DNA of 64,000 nucleotides from Escherichia coli (GTDB lineage Bacteria; Pseudomonadota; Gammaproteobacteria; Enterobacterales; Enterobacteriaceae): NCBI RefSeq assembly GCF_016903815.1, contig NZ_CP069973.1; one strand, 5' to 3'. Shown piece by piece: positions 60,852 to 64,000 of this stretch (position 1 is its first letter; each line of letters starts with the position of its first letter). The notes under the pieces were generated by a model. It saw only the letters and a program-made list of their open reading frames with translations, ran no database searches and was not told where the DNA came from. The position numbers and the translations under genes were made by a program.

Positions 60852-62309
60852 ATGAATACATCTCATGTAAGAGTTGTTACTCATATGTGTGGGTTCCTGG
60901 TTTGGCTCTATAGTCTTTCAATGTTGCCACCAATGGTTGTAGCATTGTTTTATAAAGAAAAAAGCCTGTTCGTTTTCTTTATAACTTTCGTTATATTTTT
61001 TTGCATTGGTGGCGGAGCGTGGTATACAACTAAGAAATCTGGCATTCAATTACGTACCCGTGATGGGTTTATTATAATTGTAATGTTTTGGATTTTGTTT
61101 TCTGTTATTAGTGCATTCCCTTTATGGATTGACTCAGAACTTAATTTAACGTTCATTGATGCTCTGTTTGAAGGGGTTTCTGGAATAACAACAACAGGAG
61201 CAACTGTAATTGATGATGTTAGTTCATTACCTCGGGCATATTTGTACTATCGGTCACAGTTAAATTTTATAGGTGGTTTAGGAGTTATTGTTCTGGCGGT
61301 TGCTGTATTGCCATTATTGGGTATTGGTGGTGCAAAGCTTTATCAGTCAGAAATGCCGGGGCCATTTAAGGATGACAAACTCACTCCCCGCCTGGCCGAT
61401 ACGTCACGGACACTGTGGATAACTTATTCTTTATTAGGTATTGCTTGTATTGTCTGTTATAGACTTGCAGGAATGCCTTTGTTTGATGCTATTTGTCACG
61501 GGATTTCCACAGTTTCGCTTGGTGGTTTCTCAACTCATAGCGAGAGTATCGGATATTTTAATAACTATTTGGTTGAGCTGGTGGCTGGTTCTTTTTCCCT
61601 GCTATCGGCTTTCAACTTCACTCTTTGGTATATTGTTATTAGCAGGAAAACGATAAAACCTTTAATCAGAGATATTGAACTTCGTTTCTTTCTGTTAATA
61701 GCCTTAGGGGTGATCATTGTTACCTCTTTCCAGGTCTGGCATATAGGTATGTATGACTTGCATGGAAGTTTTATTCATTCGTTTTTTCTTGCCAGCTCCA
61801 TGCTCACTGATAATGGTTTAGCTACGCAGGATTATGCAAGTTGGCCCACGCACACGATAGTGTTTTTGCTGTTGTCAAGTTTCTTTGGGGGATGTATAGG
61901 TTCAACTTGTGGTGGAATTAAGTCACTTCGATTTCTTATACTTTTCAAACAAAGCAAACACGAGATAAATCAGCTTTCTCATCCCAGAGCGTTGTTGAGT
62001 GTAAATGTAGGAGGGAAGATAGTTACAGATCGTGTAATGAGGTCTGTATGGAGTTTCTTTTTTCTTTATACTCTCTTCACGGTGTTTTTTATACTGGTGT
62101 TAAATGGTATGGGATATGATTTTCTTACATCATTTGCAACAGTGGCTGCATGTATTAATAATATGGGATTAGGTTTTGGGGCTACTGCATCGTCATTCGG
62201 AGTGCTTAATGACATTGCAAAATGTTTAATGTGCATAGCTATGATTCTTGGTCGCCTTGAAATTTATCCTGTTATTATATTGTTTTCAGGTTTTTTTTGG
62301 CGCTCCTAA
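60852..62309 (+). CDS. trkG: K+ uptake protein TrkG (AT-rich prophage moron)
   Basis: Start is set at MNTSHVRVVTHMCGFLVWLYS (485 aa). Recognised as TrkG. Confidence 0.95.
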   Translation: MNTSHVRVVTHMCGFLVWLYSLSMLPPMVVALFYKEKSLFVFFITFVIFFCIGGGAWYTTKKSGIQLRTRDGFIIIVMFWILFSVISAFPLWIDSELNLTFIDALFEGVSGITTTGATVIDDVSSLPRAYLYYRSQLNFIGGLGVIVLAVAVLPLLGIGGAKLYQSEMPGPFKDDKLTPRLADTSRTLWITYSLLGIACIVCYRLAGMPLFDAICHGISTVSLGGFSTHSESIGYFNNYLVELVAGSFSLLSAFNFTLWYIVISRKTIKPLIRDIELRFFLLIALGVIIVTSFQVWHIGMYDLHGSFIHSFFLASSMLTDNGLATQDYASWPTHTIVFLLLSSFFGGCIGSTCGGIKSLRFLILFKQSKHEINQLSHPRALLSVNVGGKIVTDRVMRSVWSFFFLYTLFTVFFILVLNGMGYDFLTSFATVAACINNMGLGFGATASSFGVLNDIAKCLMCIAMILGRLEIYPVIILFSGFFWRS

Positions 62310-62395
62310 TATATGGCTGATTTATAATTGTGAGTTTAATATTATGTTGACTCACTCATTGATCCAATACCTAACTTTACCAGCAACACCTCCGT

Positions 62396-62430
62396 CCCCA
62401 GTAGCACTGGCTGCTGGGGTGCGTTTTATT
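62396..62430 (+). terminator. trkG terminator
   Basis: ccccagtagc-actg-gctgctgggg (one mismatch) followed by tgcgttttatt. Confidence 0.7.
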
Positions 62431-62446
62431 CATAAAGCAAGGCTGT

Positions 62447-63238
62447 ATGAGCGAGAAATTAAAGATAGTCTATCGCCCATTACAAGAATTGTCACCGTAT
62501 GCGCACAACGCCAGGACGCACAGTACTGAGCAGGTGGCACAACTGGTAGAAAGTATTAAGCAATTCGGCTGGACTAATCCGGTGCTGATTGACGAAAAGG
62601 GCGAAATTATTGCGGGTCACGGTCGTGTTATGGCGGCTGAAATGCTCAAAATGGATTCTGTTCCGGTCATTGTTCTGTCTGGCCTGACGGATGAGCAGAA
62701 AAAGGCGTACCGCCTGGCAGATAATCGCCTGCCGATGAATGCTGGCTGGGATGAAGATCTGTTGCGGATGGAGCTGTCGGACCTAATCAATGCTGATTTT
62801 GATGTCTCCCTGACAGGCTTCATCCCGACAGAAATTGATGAACTGTTGACGGATGTTTTGCCCGGTACAGGAAATGAGGAGGAGCCGTATACGACGAAAA
62901 TTGATACGCCTGTTTATGAGCCGTCGGGCGGTAAACCGGATATCAGTGAACTGTACGACGATACGAAAACTCAGGAGCTGATCAGCCGGATACGTTCGGC
63001 GTCCCTTGAGCCTGATATTGAGAAATTCCTCCTGTGTGCGGCAGAACGTCACACGGTGTTTAATTTCAGCAGAATTGCGGACTATTACGCTCACGCCCCC
63101 TCTGAAATTCAGTGTTTTTTCGAGGAGTCGGCGCTGGTGATCATTGATTATCAGCAGGCTATTGAAAATGGATTTGTCCGGATGACGCAGCGCATGGTGG
63201 AGATCATGCATGGTGGTGAGGAGGAGGAATATGCGTGA
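62447..63238 (+). CDS. ynaK: ParB/Srx N-terminal-domain protein (full-length form of K-12 ynaK)
   Basis: 263 aa. The ParB-N motif region is LSPYAHNARTHSTEQVAQLVESIKQFGWTNPVLIDEKGEIIAGHGRVMAAEMLKMDSVPVIVL..LADN. The C-terminus is acidic and non-methylase. Confidence 0.8.
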   Translation: MSEKLKIVYRPLQELSPYAHNARTHSTEQVAQLVESIKQFGWTNPVLIDEKGEIIAGHGRVMAAEMLKMDSVPVIVLSGLTDEQKKAYRLADNRLPMNAGWDEDLLRMELSDLINADFDVSLTGFIPTEIDELLTDVLPGTGNEEEPYTTKIDTPVYEPSGGKPDISELYDDTKTQELISRIRSASLEPDIEKFLLCAAERHTVFNFSRIADYYAHAPSEIQCFFEESALVIIDYQQAIENGFVRMTQRMVEIMHGGEEEEYA

Positions 63239-64000
63239 TGATTTTTGCGCCTTTATTCTGACTCACGGGCGACCGGACAAAGTTCTGACTTACCGGACGT
63301 TGCGTCGTGCTGGCTATACCGGGAAAATTTTTATCGTTGTTGATGATGAAGATAAGACACGGCATCAGTACATGGCTGAATTTGGGGAACAGGTGCTGGT
63401 GTTTTCCAAAGCCGATATCGCCAGTCGTTTTGACGAAGCCGATAATTTCTGTGACCGCCGCTCAATTTTTTACGCCCGTAATGCCTGTTTCGACCTGGCA
63501 AAACTGGTCGGGTGTAAATACTTCATTCAGCTCGATGATGATTATCACGAGTTCCAGTTTCGGGTGGATCGCAACTATGACCAGGCCTATTTTCCGATAA
63601 GGAAACTGGATGCGATCCTTTCTGAAATGCTGGCGTACTACGAATCAATACCTGCTCTTTCCATCGCTATGTCGCAGGGCGGGGATTTTCTTGGTGACAA
63701 TGGCGGCCATGCTTCGTGGGTGAAACGCAAGGCAATGAACAGCTTTATCTGTTCGGTTGAACGACCGTTCTCATTCATGGGGCGCATTAACGAGGATGTG
63801 AATACGTACACGAATCTCGGTCGCTGTGGTGAATTGTTTATGACGATCGGTGCTGTCCAGTTAGGGCAGAAACAGACGCAGAAAAACAGCGGCGGAATGA
63901 CCGAGCTGTATCTGGATTCCGGAACCTACGTTAAAAGTTTTTACTCCGTCATGTATGCGCCGTCGTGCGTAAAAATCTCACTGATGGGTGCCAGCCATAA
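63231..64000 (+). CDS. GT-A-like (DxD) putative glycosyltransferase, 3' end beyond the window (ydaY position)
   Basis: Not in the ORF track because it is open-ended. Hand translation of frame 3 from ATG 63231 (overlapping the ParB-like stop, with a GAGGAGGA SD) shows no stop to base 64000: MRDDFCAFILTHGRPDKVLTYRTLRRAGYTGKIFIVVDDEDK...KYFIQLDDDYHEF... Confidence 0.7.
   Translation, partial: MRDDFCAFILTHGRPDKVLTYRTLRRAGYTGKIFIVVDDEDKTRHQYMAEFGEQVLVFSKADIASRFDEADNFCDRRSIFYARNACFDLAKLVGCKYFIQLDDDYHEFQFRVDRNYDQAYFPIRKLDAILSEMLAYYESIPALSIAMSQGGDFLGDNGGHASWVKRKAMNSFICSVERPFSFMGRINEDVNTYTNLGRCGELFMTIGAVQLGQKQTQKNSGGMTELYLDSGTYVKSFYSVMYAPSCVKISLMGASH

Larger units (their letters stand above)
41559..64000. 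mobile_element. Rac-type lambdoid prophage (left end at ttcA; right end beyond the window)
   Basis: Contiguous int, xis, recET, kil, sieB, repressor/cro, replication, nin-like, Q, lysis, trkG and early late-region genes. The att core probably lies in the ttcA 5' region, per K-12 knowledge. It cannot be delimited without attR. Confidence 0.9.

Noticed and set aside
62248-62529. A 93-aa ORF bridges the trkG 3' end, the terminator and the ParB-like start.
   Set aside because: It overlaps trkG out of frame and runs through the trkG terminator hairpin. The ParB-like gene has its own ATG at 62447.
63307-63600. A 97-aa ORF in frame 1 lies inside the GT-A-like gene.
   Set aside because: It is out of frame within the longer open-ended frame-3 ORF. 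That ORF has an SD, coupling to the upstream gene, and recognisable GT-A motifs.

Overview
This window is Escherichia coli chromosome. I identified it from protein sequences and gene order that I remember; no database search was possible.

**Core genome (1-41.5 kb).** It runs ycjP-Q-R-S-T-U-V, ompG, ycjW, ycjX-ycjF, tyrR, tpx, ycjG, mpaA, ymjC-like, ycjY, pgrR, mppA, ynaI, ynaJ, uspE, fnr, ogt, abgT-B-A, abgR, the sRNA mcaS, smrA, dgcM, zntB, the sRNA fnrS, dbpA and ttcA.

**Differences from my memory of K-12 MG1655:**
- ycjV and the ymjC-like gene are intact here.
- There is no room for the K-12 IS5 between ynaI and ynaJ.
- A 3.5-kb AraC + membrane-fusion protein (MFP) + 14-TM major facilitator (MFS) efflux island sits between mcaS and smrA.
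- dgcM is split after codon 100 by a complete 768-bp IS1 with a 9-bp target duplication.

**Rac-type lambdoid prophage (about 41.56 kb to the window end).** It is integrated at ttcA and looks far more complete than K-12 Rac.
- Leftward genes: intR, xisR, ydaC, ralR (carrying a nonsense codon), recT, recE, racC, ydaE, kilR.
- Immunity region: sieB, ydaF, ydaG, a non-S24 CI-like repressor, a Cro-like gene and ydaT.
- Replication genes: an initiator gene with palindromic iterons and a DnaC-like ydaV.
- Nin-like region: a full-length ydaW-type gene, a reverse-oriented KilA-N gene, a decayed hok/sok locus, a YeaR-like moron (a self-contained accessory gene unit) with an 0.8-kb AT-rich ORF-poor tract, and DUF1367 and YbcO-like genes.
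- Late region: a Q-like antiterminator with a PR'/tR'-like unit, holin, lambda-R-like endolysin, Rz/Rz1, trkG, and a ParB-like gene translationally coupled to a GT-A-like gene that runs off the window.

**Most promising unexplained loci:**
1. A promoter-gene-terminator moron in the Q-to-holin slot. It encodes an unrecognised 189-aa 3-TM protein and is overlapped by a convergent 53-aa ORF.
2. The ParB-like/GT-A-like pair, a possible DNA-modification module.
3. The iteron-bearing candidate origin.
4. The hok remnant, YeaR-like gene and AT-rich tract with long hairpins and small hydrophobic ORFs.

I found no CRISPR array, tRNA or rRNA.
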